From Eledone cirrhosa (Eukaryota): 64,000 nucleotides of DNA. A program made the translations under genes and the position numbers. The DNA is taken from NCBI GenBank assembly GCA_964016885.1, contig OZ024742.1:257114001-257178000 (forward strand), given 5' to 3'. The notes below the pieces were generated by a model, which saw only the letters and a list, made by a program, of their open reading frames with translations, ran no database searches and was not told the origin of the DNA. Below, piece by piece: positions 13,000 through 26,918 of the stretch. How positions within the stretch are numbered: the first letter of the stretch is position 1; each line of letters begins with the position of its first letter.

Positions 13000-14250
13000 G
13001 CACCCAGATCTCTGTTCTTTTTTTTGTGGTTCTGTTTGTTTTCATATGTGTGAATATGGTATTGGTGTTGATATTGTGTGTGTGATGTCTGCGTTTTCAT
13101 TTGTTTGTCTCATTGTGATGTTTGAGGTTCTTTTCTGGTGTTTGTGTATTTGTGTTTGTGTGAGTGTTTATGTGTGTATGAAGGGCAAGGGGATTGTGAG
13201 AGCTTTCCTCTCCTCCTCCTTGGGTTGGTTCCGTTCTGGTTGTTTAGGTGGTTGTTTAGCTGAAGCTGGTGCTATTGCTTCCACTGTAGCTGCTGCCGCC
13301 AATGCTGGCGTTGTTAGTTGTGTGGTTTTATTTCCCGACAATTGTGTTTGCAGGAACACTGTTTTGCGGTCCCCAGCATTCTTGAACTGAGGACAGAAGC
13401 CACGCATATGAATCGTTCATTCATAAACGAAGCAATGTGGCATTTAGCCCTCATTGTCCACATGTATAGCGGGTTAGTCCTTAATGTGAACATAATCCGG
13501 GCGCGATGTTTTTGTGTTTGTTCGGATTGATTTTGCGATGAATCCCTAAATAAATCCTCTCGTGACATGTTTTCTTATGTCTATGAGGGTGCTATTCAGT
13601 CCTGATGGATCCCGGGAATGCAGGCATTTACTGTTCTTATGAGCCTCTGGGACTGGTCTATTGAAATGTGGACCATTCAACACTGGTCACGGAGGCTATA
13701 ATGACAAGATCCTCGGTTTTGAACAGCACCAAAATTGTGCTGAACATTTTGGCCCCTGCAATGTTCTTTTTAACGCATTTCATTGCATACTCTACTTCCG
13801 ATTGGGGAATATTACTTCTTTGCAGGTTTGGACTGAAATGCAACTATGAATCAACGTCCCTCTTTACGTTTCTAACATTACATCGTCTGGGATGTTTAGG
13901 TTGGCCGAGGTTCTTTCTCGTTTATTTAATTTCCATGCTTCCGTGAAACGTTCTTCCTTGTCTAATATACCCACATAAAATAATTGACCTGTTTTTGCAG
14001 CCGTAGTTGCGAATCTGCTGTTGTTGTTCACGTTGTTGTTCTTGGTGGTGGTGGTATTTTGCATTTGGTTATTGGTATTATTGTTGGTGCTGTTGTTGTT
14101 GTTGCTTTGTTTTTGTTTTATTTTTGTTCTTGGTGTTGTTGGCGATACTGCCTAAATTTCTCATATTGGTGGTTTTGGTAGTGGTGTCATTCTTATCAAC
14201 TTTTAAGATGTTGGCTCATGACATATGGCTGACCTTGAGGGATGTATTTC
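13000..14250 (-). mobile_element. Probable ORF1 (gag-like, decayed zinc knuckle) of the Tx1/L1 element
   Basis: Minus strand PHCFVYE*TIHMRGFCPQ; upstream of and co-oriented with the ORF2 relic. Confidence 0.5.
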
Positions 14251-14454
14251 GTCCTTAACCTTTGACAGAAAAAAATATTTCCAGAAATAAAATTCGAATA
14301 TGTGGGCCTTTTTATGGGATCACATTTGTACAATGCCATGAATGGCAATTTATGTACAGTTCGTAACCAAAATACTTAATTAATCTCACTTTAAAATAAG
14401 TAAAAATAACCAACTTCCTGAAGCCGATATGAACACGAGAAACGAGAAACAAAA

Positions 14455-14670
14455 CAATAATGGTTTCAGATTGAAGCACGAGGCCAGCAGTTTGGGGGGA
14501 GAGATATCGATTAAATCAATAACAGTCCATTTCTGGAACTTTATTCTATCGACCTGTGAAGGCTAAAAAGCTATGCACATTTCGCCAGGAATTGAACTCA
14601 CAACGTAAAGGACCGCAACTATATACCGAGACGCGCGTTAACTGACGCTCTACCGATATTGCCAATCAAC
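14455..14670 (-). mobile_element. Diverged tRNA-derived SINE
   Basis: gcacgaggccagca..tatcgacc..aattgaactca..ctctaccgatattgccaat matches the family. Confidence 0.7.
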
Positions 14671-14999
14671 TATTTTCAATAACGATTTCTGATTTATGAA
14701 CGAGGCCAACACTTTTTGGGTGATGAAAATTGATGAAAATTGAACCCCTGTGTTACTGGTACTTTATATCATCTACCACGTATAGCGATGAAAGTGAAAG
14801 CTAATCTCACAACAGAGCCGATTGTATTTTTGTACTAGAGTAGGCGTGAATGCCTGATTTTAATGCTAACATCCAATGACATAAAAAGATAGCCATGAAG
14901 GGAATTTAAATCATAATGATTGGAAGATTGAAATGTCATGAATGTTGTCAATACCAATTCATAACATCAAAATAATTTCAGTTGTCTTTGCAGATTAGG

Positions 15000-15860
15000 A
15001 CTCAATATACTCTCGGCTCTAGTGGTTTTGAGTCCAAAATTTCCGTGTTAACTAGAATTATTTTGAAGATTTCAGGTAGTACTGAACAAACATGACAAAT
15101 CTCAAATATCTTTACTAGAGCTCCTATGACAGTCGGGACGACATTGATCTCATGACAGTCCCAAATCCTTTTGAATTCCCACTTTAAATCCTGGTAACGG
15201 TTAATCTTCTGCTTCTCCTATTCTTGCACTCGTGTGTCAAAGGGACGGACTATATCTACAAGCCGGCACTGTCATGTGTCCTTGTCAAAAATCACTAGTT
15301 CTGGTCTAACTTCTTGTCGGTCGGTATCCTGAAATCCCATAGCACCTCCACGCGATCGTTTTCTATAACCGACTCTTGCTTATGTTCATACCACTTCTCA
15401 GAATGTAGTAAATTATTTAGTTTGCGTAAATGCCAGTGAATCACCATTCCTATTACATCGTGCCTCCATCATTCATAGTGATTTAGGTGTTTACATTCGG
15501 ATACGATTTGAGCCACAGTTTCCCCTCTCTATCCACAGATCCTACAGAGTGGACTAGCCTCCTCCTTGTCAATATGGTGTTTCACCCATTTCGCTCTGAA
15601 GGTTTGCTCCTATGCAGCCAATTGCATTACCTATGTAGCTTTTTTAAGGTCTCATCTTTTTAACCATCTCCATGTCTGTGGGTCTCTGAATTCCGTTTTC
15701 TTAAAAAATGTGTTATGAAGGATTTTTCATGAAGGTTGTTCTTTCTCTTTGTTGTTACTTCCTTCGTCAACATCCCCTGGTCTTCTACTTCAGTAAAACT
15801 GTGAGCATAGGCTCCCTACTATCCGAAACATATTTGGATCCATCTGAACACAGTGCTCTA
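15000..15860 (-). mobile_element. R4/Dong-clade relic
   Basis: Minus strand RPELVIFDKDT*QCRLVDIVRPFDTRVQE*EKQKINRYQDLKWEFKRIW (REL domain). Confidence 0.7.
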
Positions 15861-17796
15861 TGCAGATAAGACCTCTTCCCCTCCCCCACAAATTGCTGGT
15901 CGTGTTCCTGTATTGGATTTAATTATCATTACTTTAGTATACGTTATATTTAATTTGTTACTGATTAAAAAATCAAAACGTCTATTAAATCACCCCTGGA
16001 TGTGATTTCTAATTAGAAAAGATAAGATGACATATGGCATACGTACGGAAGTCTTTTGTATTATGCAACATTTTAATAACAAATAAAGATAATTTTTATG
16101 ACATTTGCACATTTGTAACACGATCTTAGCGCGTTTCGTATCCCAATAACACAATGTAATATTTTTTTGACGCATTATTATATTTAATGATTATTATTGT
16201 TTTTATTTATATTTAAATCTTAAATATTAAGCAGAATAATGATATTACATATTGAAGTTATTCGCTTTCTTTTAAACGTCGTCTTGTATATCGGAACAGA
16301 CATCAACTTGATATCTTACCAGAGAGATTAATTTAATGCGATTTACAGATAGAACAATTATAATGTAATTATGTCGAACGATGTATTTAACTCGAATTAA
16401 ATACAAATATTGATAAAGTAATGCACTAATGTTTCGTAGCAACTGTTGAGTTCGATTTCGTTAAAGATAAATACATTTATTGAAAGGCATGGAATAATAT
16501 CATTTTATTTTCTTCCAACTAGTTTCATGTATTAGGTGCACATATGACGAATAGAATATTACGTGTAAAAACGCGTGGTTTAGTAGCTATGAGTTTCAGC
16601 TCAAATTTGTATGGTCATGAGTTCGATTCTCTGCGGAATGTTGTCCGTGAACAAAACAATTTATTTCACGTGCGTCGTGATTTGTACCTGGATTTCAAAA
16701 TATCAGCCATTTTACGCTGAAACGTATTAAGAAAATGGTATAGGTTACCAAATTCTAATTAGTGCTCAGCCAATGCACATGCATATCACGAGGATGATGC
16801 TCCTCGACTGAACATCTGCTATACGCATCCTCGCAACCGACGGAGTTTCAATTTATAGACTATTACTAACATTATTTAGAAACGAAATGTCATGTGAATA
16901 TGGAACATTTCTCTTTAGGATTCTTCGTTTATATTAATGTATGTAATATCAGATTTATTGTGCGTTATTTCTTAAGCACCCCCAGGAAAAATAAATGAAC
17001 GCGTATAATTACAGCCAATAAAGAACATTTTCCTAGTTCGGCTTCTTTTGCATCATGAAAGTGTCAAAATAAAATAAAAAAAATAAGCTACGAAAGATTT
17101 GAAGTAAAATATATTGTGAAAGATCTAAAAAACATACATAAGGGCTTCAGTACAAGAAGGGTGGCACAAGATTAAACAAGAGAAAGATTTAGCTATTTTA
17201 TAGTTCTTTTTATTTTTTATTTTTTCCATTATATTTATTTCATTTTTGTCGCACACAGTTTCTCATTTTCTTTCTTCTTAAATACAAGGGTTAATCGATG
17301 CGTCTCCCAGTCTATATTAACAGAGAGAAAATAACCAAGTTATACTTCAAATATAATTTAAAATCCTACATATGTTTCGATGTAAGGTGTTGTACCATAC
17401 CATCTTAAATAGAAAGTATCTGAAATTCGCTCTACATATCTTAAGAAAATTAGATATGGTTTAAGGTGTCAATTGTATTGCATACATGAGATGTATCCAC
17501 ACCAGAGATGAAATTCATAACATACCAATTAATACATTGCAAATTATAAGCGCAATCGAAATTAACAGCAATGCAGAAATGGTTTTAAAGATAATATATC
17601 AAAAATAAGTACTTCTGTATATCCATAAATTAACAGACGTATAATTAAAAATTTGAAGCAATATTACATGATATGAGCCTGCATATTGACCAGAGACTCC
17701 TTCGCATAGCGAGAGAGTTACGGCAGAGCTTCATATAGGGCCGTGTGTTTACAAAGCAATCGAACATTATTATTAATGTTCCATATAATCCATACG

Positions 17797-17829
<33 letters not shown>

Positions 17830-17838
17830 GGGGGGAGG

Positions 17839-17921
<83 letters not shown>

Positions 17922-18559
17922 CACGCACATATGAAAATATATATATATATATATATATATAGGATAAAAGAGAAAACGCTGGTAAGCATTAAAAAAAGGA
18001 TTTTATCCAGATATGTATGAGCGTTTCATTGGTAGGTGCTACCTTTTATTGCTATACTGCAAATAGCAGCCACCACTCAATAATAATTGTTGTTGACGTC
18101 CAAATTTTCAAAATAGTGAATAAGTTACTCGTAAAACGTTCTTAATATGTATAAAAACATTTTTTTGAAATTGTATTTACTAGTATAGAGAGAGAGGAAG
18201 AGGAATTAGCAAGTGGATTGACAAACGGAGTAGTATATACATAGAGAGAGAGGAAGGGGTGGAAGAATTAGGTAGTAGCGTGACACACAGAGATGGAGGT
18301 AGAGGTGGAAGGATTCCTCGATCAGGTTTGATTCGTAGGCTTCATGTCGTCGATTTACAGTGTAGGGAGTTAAAGAGAATTAAATTGTTTATAGTTGGAG
18401 GGATGGAGAGAGAGAGAGAGAAGGGGAGAGATAGAGAGATAAATATATATACAAAAATAATAATAATAAAAATAAAGTATGTGGGGGGGGGGAGAACGAA
18501 GAAAATAAATGATAGCAAAAAAAGAAGAGAAGAAAGGAAGAAAATGAAAAGAAATAGAA

Positions 18560-19145
18560 AAGGAATGTAGGAGGAGGGAGGGATATAGGTATTGGTTTGT
18601 GTGGGTAACTAAAGGGGTTTAGATACAATAAGAGGGTAGAAAGTCTAAGTATATGCAATTTGTCAGGTGGTAGTAAGAGGTTAAGAGTTCGATTTGAACT
18701 TGTTGTGCGAAAACTATTCTTTGAGTCTATGGTTACAATAAATTGATCTTTCGATTTTATTGTTGAGTAACTTATTCTTCGAACTCAAAATGTGGAACAG
18801 CTGAAGGTCACATAACCGACAGCTTCTCATACCACTCCAATATGGGGTCGCGTTCGATCATTTTTCCTCTTCAGTGTGTATTGATGGTAACTTTCCTTCA
18901 GTTGCCAGGTCTTGTTCGCAAGGGTAGTTACATAACGATGCTGGCAATGTTTCATTGAGTAACGGTGTGTATACCAACGAGCTTTAAATGTATTCCCAGT
19001 CGCTCCGATGTAATACCATTTCTGGTTGTCTGATTCTACTGTGCATTGGTAAAACAGGTTAGACTGCATACATTTCATTATGTAATGGACAGGTTTCAGG
19101 TAGATGGCAATTACAATTCTTGTCATGGGCAACTTTGCCATTATT
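18560..19145 (-). mobile_element. Inverted 3' segment (GIY-YIG and UTR) of the adjacent Naiad PLE
   Basis: Near-identical reverse complement of 20375-20573; CMQSNLFYQCTVESDNQKWYYIGATGNTFKARW, then CRLC..CNH. Confidence 0.85.
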
Positions 19146-19149
19146 AATA

Positions 19150-20575
19150 CATACAATAGCTTCATACGGAAGGAATTACATAGGAAATACAAAAGATACA
19201 AAAACTAACGAGACGGCACTGATTAATATCAACAACGGGGCACACAATATAGTCAAACACCTAGTGATGTACCTTAGCCTATGTACCTCCACATTTAATC
19301 TCAAGGACCATAAGGTACATTTTGATTATAACCCCACAATAAGACTTATATGCCCGTCCAAATCGGACATTGGGAAAATTAGTAAATATATATTAGACAG
19401 AGTGATAGCACAAATGATGAATAAACTCGTGATTAAACTATGGGGTAACACTACCAAAACAATTAAATGGTGTAACAATATAGCTAACAAAAAAGTATCT
19501 AAGTTTATACAATTTGACATTAACGACTCTTACTCTTCTATATCCCCCAATACCTTAGATAAAGCCTTAGCATTCGCCAGAGCCAATACTGACTGACAGA
19601 CGACGAGATGAAAATCATATTAGCTGCTCGAAAACAATAATTATATTTGAAAACGCCTATTAGGAAAATAAGGATAGATTAAATAACTTTGACATCACGA
19701 TGGGGGATAATGATTCGTCTCAAGTCACAGATTTAGTAGGTATTTACATAGCCCATAGTTTACAGAGGGAGTTTAGCGCCCTTACCGGTGGAATCTATAG
19801 CGACGACTCCCTTCTCCTAGTTAAGAACCTAAATAACCAGAGCATGGAAAGACCGACCGCATAAGCATATTAGAAAGACTCTCGGAAAACTAGCCTTAGT
19901 ATGACGTATGAATATAGCACTAAAATAGTTAACTTTCTAGACGCGACGCTTAACATAAATACCGGACATTTACGTATAGAACTACAAATTATACTGAAAA
20001 TAGAAATACAACATCGAAATCATACAGGTCACGCAGTAGAAAATATATTTGGTATAACCCTATATTTAACACCTCTATTAGTACTAACCTACATTCTACC
20101 TTCTTTAGAATAATAAATAAGCACTTTCCAGATTCACATAGGTACACCAAAATCCTTAACACTAAATCTATTAGACTATCTTACACTACGGCACCAAACA
20201 TAGAGGCACACGTCAAGATGCTTAACGCTAAAAAGATACGTAACAACACCAGAACACAAATTTATAACAATAACAATACAATTACCATTGAACACAACAG
20301 AATATCTAATACACAACCACCCACTAATAGGCACACAAAACGTAACACATTTACACAGGCATCGCAGCCCACCAATAATGACAAAGTTACCCATGACAAG
20401 AATTGTAATTGCCACCTACCTGAAACCTGTCCATTACATAATGATTGTATGCAGTCTAACCTGGTTTACCAATGCACAGTAGAATCAGCCAACCAGAAAT
20501 GGTATTACATCGGAGCGACTGGGAATACATTTAAAGCTCGTTGGTATACATACCGTTACGCAATGAAACATTCCC
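19150..20575 (+). mobile_element. Naiad-type PLE RT plus GIY-YIG, frameshifted
   Basis: NPTIRLICPSKSDIGKISK, FIQFDINDSYSSI, FDITMGDNDSSQVTDLVG, GIYSDDSL, NCNCHLPETCPLHNDC..VYQC..YYIG. Confidence 0.9.
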
Positions 20576-21328
20576 ATATATGTATACTTAAATTTTTATA
20601 CCGCATTGAGAATACTTTCCGTGAACTTAGGGTTTGCAGAATTGATCATGTACATTCACATAGATGTTTGTAATTATCACATAAACATATGAATTTTTTG
20701 AAAAACTAAACATAAGATCATTAATTTTCACACATTGTGGATACATATCTCATTCACGAATACTGATATTTACAATGTAGAGGCTGGTTTTGTAAATACT
20801 AATACCTCTACATTAAAACAGAGGTTTTTACGCCTCGCCTGTGTCTGGATATTTTTGAATTTTTTTCTCTCTCTTTTTTTTTCTCTCTCTATATTTTTTC
20901 TCTCCCTATATAACAGCTGGTTTTCCCTCCATATATCTCCCTTACATTAATACTAGAGCTAAATAAATAAATAAATAAATGTATCATTGATACGTTATTC
21001 AACAGTCGTCCCACTACCTAGCTTTCTATATATATGTATCTATCTCTATTTCCTATCTCTCTCTATATATATATCTCTTTCTGTTTCTTTACATGAAGTT
21101 CTCCTCTTTATCTATCTTTCCATCTCTCTATTTTGTTCCATGCATTTCTTCTTTTTCTTTTTCTTCGTTTTCTGTCTTTCTTTCCTTTTTTCTCTCTTTT
21201 TCTCTCTTTCTTTTTCTCTTTCTTTCTCTCTGTGTACAATTTTGTCACTACCAAATCAACCTTCTCAAATGCAAGTAGATGTTGTTACGGTATGTCGAAT
21301 CTATTTATCTATAAGACTGTTTATATTG

Positions 21329-21394
21329 TATTTTGTCTGAGGAAGGCATAGCATATTGTTAATATGATATCCCTGAAATATATATAATGAAATA
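21329..21394 (+). ncRNA. Type I hammerhead, intact core
   Basis: tattttgt-CUGAGGA-agg..catatt gtt aatatg..cct-GAAA-tatata-UA-atgaaata; ~130 nt upstream of (TA)n. Confidence 0.75.
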
Positions 21395-21549
21395 AATATG
21401 GTTTTATAAGTATAGTTTCCATTTATTTAATATTGTAAATATACTCCAAATATTTGTCGAGTGCTTTTATATCAGTTATAAATATTTACTAGTTGTAACC
21501 CAACAATTTAAATATAACTTTCCATATATATATATATATATATTTATAT

Positions 21550-23700
21550 AAAGAAAAAGAGATGAAATCGAAAATGCAACTGGAGTCTTATTTTTTTTTT
21601 AAATATATATATTTATTTGGTTCCTTTACCGGTTTCGCAGTTCTTCTGCTTTTCAAAAGGTGAGTTGAGATGGAGGGTCTGTGGTTTTCTCATATCTGTT
21701 TGTTCAGAAACTAATCGAATATTATTATTAATATGCTTAGAGTTATGGCCCTTTCTGATCTGAGTTCAAATCTCGCCGATGTAAACTTTGCCTTTCAGCC
21801 GTTGTTTACTAACGAAAACATGTTGATTGTTCCTGAAAGCAAGTTTTGAACAAAGAGGTAACTATCATTCAGCGGGACGGCACAGCTCAGGTTAAATGAG
21901 GTTTTACGGTAAAGGAAATGTTGGTATAATTATGTGCAGAAACAATCACTTCTCCAGGGGGAGGTTAACCCACGATAGATTGCTGTCAGAGAGACAACTA
22001 TGGATGCTCGGAATAAATTATTTATGTTATTCAGAATATTATAGATTGTTAGTCAATCTGGAGGTTTATAATTACGTAATAGGTGTTTCCAGGCGTGTGG
22101 ACAGCATGAAAAACCTCAAGCTTTGAATTTAGACAGGCGCTATTACCCAACTTCTGAGGATATTGACTCTTTCTTCAATGGCGAGCCCACAGACGGATTC
22201 CCATTTGCGTATGGCTTAGACTTAGTAATAACTTCCCATTGGATGGAGTAATCTACGCTTCTGTCTTGGTCCCCGAACTTCCTGTACGATCGTTTGTCCG
22301 GATATCTGAATGTCGACTGATAATTCAGAAAGCATTCCGTAAACAGGCCCTCCGCCATATATACATAGGATTTAACCTATTGTTGTTGATTTCGTTGGTT
22401 AGAAGTGACGAAACCTACGTAAATTACACTCGGTGTGTTACATTGTTGTTGAAGGGGACGAGCCTGTGTCTGTTAAAACTTATGCGGTGTTTGTGTCCTA
22501 TCTAAGAGAGCGAAATATATTTTGCCTACATTAGTTTTAACGTTGAGTGAGAATGGGGTGTCCTATTAACACGATTTCTTTCCCTATTGATGTTGGCGTT
22601 AGTAGGGGACTAAGCAATTGGTTGCTAGAAATCGCTGTTAGCTAACGCCGCGTTATAGTAAGATGCTACTCTGACAAGTATTGCTTTATTAGAAGAGAGG
22701 TTAGAGATTCTAGTGTCCATAGTTTTCACTATGTTTCTAAAAACTGTAGGAGGGTTGCATGAGTCCTTGTGTATGTAATTAAAATGTTCATTTAGTTTCT
22801 GGAAGGGCCTAAAGTTGTGTGTGTGAAGAACTAAATTTATGTGTAGGTATTCTACCCTAGTAAGGTTGGTAGCTACTGTTATCCCAAGTCCTTACTAATT
22901 AAATGTAGTAATGAAATCTTTTTTTTAAAAATGGTCCAGGTGACTGACGACATGGACCACTTTTATGGCTTGATACGATCAGATTATTGTCGCGGTATAA
23001 TCCCGTATGAATCCGCAGTATAAAGTCCGGGAATGCAGTACGTAACGTATCTAAAATAGATAAGTGAACCAAGTCGAATACATCAGCACTATCGAATGAT
23101 CCCATTGATATATCGAATAGTTGTGAAGTAGTAGACTTCTTCGTCCAGACTACTCATTGTGAATTGGAGGGTTTTCCGGCAATGTGCAATATTCTCCCTG
23201 TCTAAATGACAAACGGCGGTTTAGTGGCAGCGACGTACGACGCTTTGTCCAACAGGGTCACCGAGATCGACGGGTAAAAATACACAATGTTGAATTGAGT
23301 GGACTTCTCTCTTTTTGGAGCTGAAAGTGTTAAACCTCGTAATGACAGAGTCACTGTTCTCCCACTGAGACAAGTTGCACTTAGACCTAATAGTCTTAAC
23401 TATACTATATTTCTAAGTGTATCCTCACTGACTATCCCCATCTATATACGTGTAGGTTCAGTAGTCTGCACGTGGGGTTAGATCCAAAGTTTACCTTGTG
23501 ATGATTAAGTGCTTAGGTAAGCATTGGAGTTTTTTATCCACCTTAATCGTGGGGGCTAGGTGTTTGGCTTCTGTATTGATGTATGTATAAAGCCGAACTG
23601 AGTGTGAAATTGCTGGAGGTTATCATATACTGAATGTCGATTCATATCCTTCATTAAATCCTTTCTAACTGGAAAATAACGTGTTTACTTAATGTAATTA
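21550..23700 (-). mobile_element. Naiad-type PLE relic with 3' hammerhead; SINE fragment at ~21725-21800
   Basis: MGSFDSADVFDLV..GLYRDNNL (ORF 22899..23105); YSIQWEVITKSKPY (ORF 22143..22358). Confidence 0.8.
21623..21660 (-). ncRNA. Minimal hammerhead, U3-A8 variant
   Basis: Minus strand: cctt-UUGAAAA-gcag aagaa ctgc-GAAA-ccgg-UA-aagg. Confidence 0.75.
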
Positions 23701-23833
23701 AAGCACAAAATATTTCTTGTGATTGGCAGATCAGACATTCATGTTTAAATTTATAGGCAGAACTATTATCCTATTTAGATTTCATATATAGATACACACA
23801 CACGCCCGCGCACGCACACACACGCCCCCCCCC

Positions 23834-23875
<42 letters not shown>

Positions 23876-23899
23876 GAAATCTAAAAGGCATATGACCAC

Positions 23900-24960
23900 G
23901 ATCCATGGGACGTCCAATGCAGGGTGTTGGTTCGATGCTTAGTTTCTTGTTGCCATGATGTCTCGATGCGGAAGCTCGAGTATTTGTGTTCGGATAAATT
24001 ATGCAAATAGAAACCATTCAATATGGTATTCGGTCTCAAAAAAGGGTGTGTAGTGTCATCTATCATGTTCATTATTTTCATGAACAGGATCGAAATGTGC
24101 AGCCAGTTTCGATGTCGTATCGTGGCAGGCAGGTGTCAAATCAGTCGGTTGAAATTTTCGGATAGTGATCTCCGATTTACATCCGATAGGTTTGATGCTG
24201 AGTGGTGCATGGTTGAATTAAAAATCAGTGGTGCGAAAACTGTGACACTCGTCCCCCTCAAGGAAGCTTGTTCCGTGCACTCTACATTTGAATCGAGATC
24301 CACTGAAGCAGGTGGAGATGTTCAAGAATATCAGGGCCGTGTTGACCAGTGATTGAAATAATTGTTTATACTTTAGGCACAAGGCCAGCAATTACCCAGT
24401 GCATTACTGGTACTTTATTTTATCGACCCTATAAGGATGAAAGGCAAAGTCAACCTCGGCGGGATTTGAACTCAGATCGTAAAGGGACGTAACTATGCTG
24501 GAAAGCATGGCGTCCGACTCTCTACCGATACTGCCAATCCACCAATGAAGCAGAAATAAGTGCAAGAATTGCAGGAGATGTTGCACTCACGTGTCAGAGG
24601 TAGCATTCAGTAATCAGAAGAAGCGGCTTAAAAGCGACTTAAAAGCCGAACCGACAAATTTTAATTCAGTATTCGTGCCATTCCTTACATATGGACATGC
24701 ATTTTCTGTAATGTTCGCAAAAATACGATCGCGAATACAAGCGGCCGAAATGCGGTTCATCCCAGGAGTTTTGGTAATCACGTTACTCGGTTGAGTGCGT
24801 AGCTCAGATATCAGAGTGTCACACAAGTGGGAGCCACTCATTTTCCAAAGTAAGAAATGATATCTCCGATACTATGGTCATTTGGTTAGAATGTTTCAGG
24901 AAAGAATTACGTGACAGAGTTTATTGGAAAAACCACCCGACAGGAGACAGGAGACACAGA
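23900..24960 (+). mobile_element. RTE-clade LINE RT relic interrupted by a SINE
   Basis: GLKKGCVVSSIMFIIFM; VPFLTYGH..RSRIQAAEMRF. Confidence 0.8.
24357..24545 (-). mobile_element. Full-length tRNA-derived SINE
   Basis: Minus strand has A box TGGCAGTATCGG, B box GAGTTCAAATCC and core cctttcatcc..ggtcgataaaataaagtaccag. Confidence 0.9.
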
Positions 24961-25021
24961 GCTAGACCCGAGGAAGATGTTCAGATATCAGCCATGAGCT
25001 TGCAACCTTACAACGACTATA

Positions 25022-25121
<100 letters not shown>

Positions 25122-25258
25122 GAGAGAGAGAAAGAGATAGAGAGAGAGAATGAGAAATTGCGAAGTAGTTTTAGGTATTAAATACCTTTATTGACAAAGC
25201 TGTGATACATATTTCCCTGTACCCGGTGTCATGACATCATTAGACAGATTATGATATG

Positions 25259-25340
<82 letters not shown>

Positions 25341-25455
25341 AATATATGTATATATATATATATATAATGAAAAAATTGAACGGGATCAAAACAGAGAGGC
25401 AGTACAACACATGTTTATTAATTTCACGCTCTTGAGAGTGGGGTGGTGGTGGGGA

Positions 25456-25487
25456 ACGACGTTTCGGGCATAGGCCTTTCTTCAGGT
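25456..25487 (-). ncRNA. Minimal PLE-type hammerhead in an orphan 3' pLTR (~25366-25980)
   Basis: Minus strand: ac-CUGAAGA-a-aggc ctat gccc-GAAA-cg-UC-gt, followed by AATAAA and (TA)n; stem I is weak. Confidence 0.6.
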
Positions 25488-25971
25488 AAAAGTGTGTGGA
25501 AAGAGAGTTCAAAGGGTGTGTAGGGGAGTGGTGGAGAGATATATTACAAAAAGTGGGTGAGAGGAAACGGTGCAAATGAAATTAAAAATAAAGGCATGAT
25601 CAAATTAAAATTAAAATGGGGTAAAACAGGTGGTATAAGGGGGTGGGGCGTGTAGGGGTGGTGGCGGTTGGAGTGGCGAGAGGGAGACGGGGTGTCCGAG
25701 CGGAGAGGGCTGAAGGTGGTGTGTGTGTGTAGGTGTATGTGTGTGTGTGTATGTGAAAGCAAGGGTTGGGGGAAGAACGGGGTTGCATGTTCAGGAAGAG
25801 GTGTTTTTGGGGTGGGTGTAGGTCGGAGTGTCTGTGCGTGTGTGGATAGAGGGGTGGGGGAGAGGAATCCGGAGGCTGAATGTGTAAATATGTGGTGGTA
25901 CGCACGTGTGTGTGTGGTGTTTAAGCGTGTTGTGGGTGTAGGTGGTTGTGTGGGAAAAAAATTATTTTTGG

Positions 25972-26036
<65 letters not shown>

Positions 26037-26274
26037 TACATAACATATGTGTGCGTACTCGTGTTTGATTGTGGTATCTTTGCCTGTTAGTTACGTGTGT
26101 ACTACAGTTATAGGGGGCGCGTTGTTCGAAGCATTTAATGGTCAATTGTAATATGCCAAACAAATCTATACATATGCAGCATCACTGATTTCGATCATAC
26201 TTACTATGTGTCTCTCTCAATCTTTTTGGCTCCCACTCTCTCTCTCGCTCTCATCCTCTCATTATGTATATTAT

Positions 26275-26452
26275 TCAGGGTGGTGAATTGGCAGTATCGG
26301 TAGAGGGTCGGACGCCATGCTTTGACGCATAGATTTACGTCCCTTTATGATCTGAGTTCATAACTTTGCCTTTCATCCTTATGGGGTCGATAAAATAAAG
26401 TACCAGTAATACACTGGGAAATTGCTGGCCTTGTGCCAAAAGTAGAATCAAT
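26275..26452 (+). mobile_element. tRNA-derived SINE with an internal deletion
   Basis: A box, partial B box, conserved core and tail. Confidence 0.9.
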
Positions 26453-26680
26453 TATATATGTATATTAGAGAGAGAGAGAGAGAGAGATGTATCTATACGA
26501 ATGCAGGCTTAGAAACTATAGGTTTTATTTTCGTAATTTTTTCGTTATTGCTAAGAGGCGGCGAGATGGTAGATATGGTTGAAAGTACTTTTGTGGAATA
26601 GGTTTGCACAAGCTCGTAGGTAGCGTCGGGTTGGAATAAAACTTCTCCGTTTAAGATGAAATGAGTAATGTCGTAGTTCG

Positions 26681-26752
<72 letters not shown>

Positions 26753-26837
26753 TCTCTCTCTCTCTCTCACTCTCTCTCCCGCTCTATCTCTATCTTTCTC
26801 TCCTGCTCTCTCTCTGTTCCTGTGCCTTTCTATCTAC

Positions 26838-26869
<32 letters not shown>

Positions 26870-26918
26870 AAATATAAATCAAGAAATAGATCTATCTATC
26901 GATCTATATATATATATA

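Noticed and set aside
16570-16640. tRNA-like sequence with A and B boxes (also ~5745, 34160, 54650)
   Set aside because: No intact cloverleaf; decayed SINE heads rather than tRNA genes
18740-20575. Selenocysteine recoding or SECIS, known in some Naiads
   Set aside because: Conserved Cys codons that could be read are TGT/TGC; stops look like decay; no convincing SECIS after 28797
25205-25250. GAAA-tatg-TA-tcaca motif on the minus strand (also ~30380-30400), and similar weak motifs at 47173, 52858 and 58593
   Set aside because: Cores or stems too degraded to support individually
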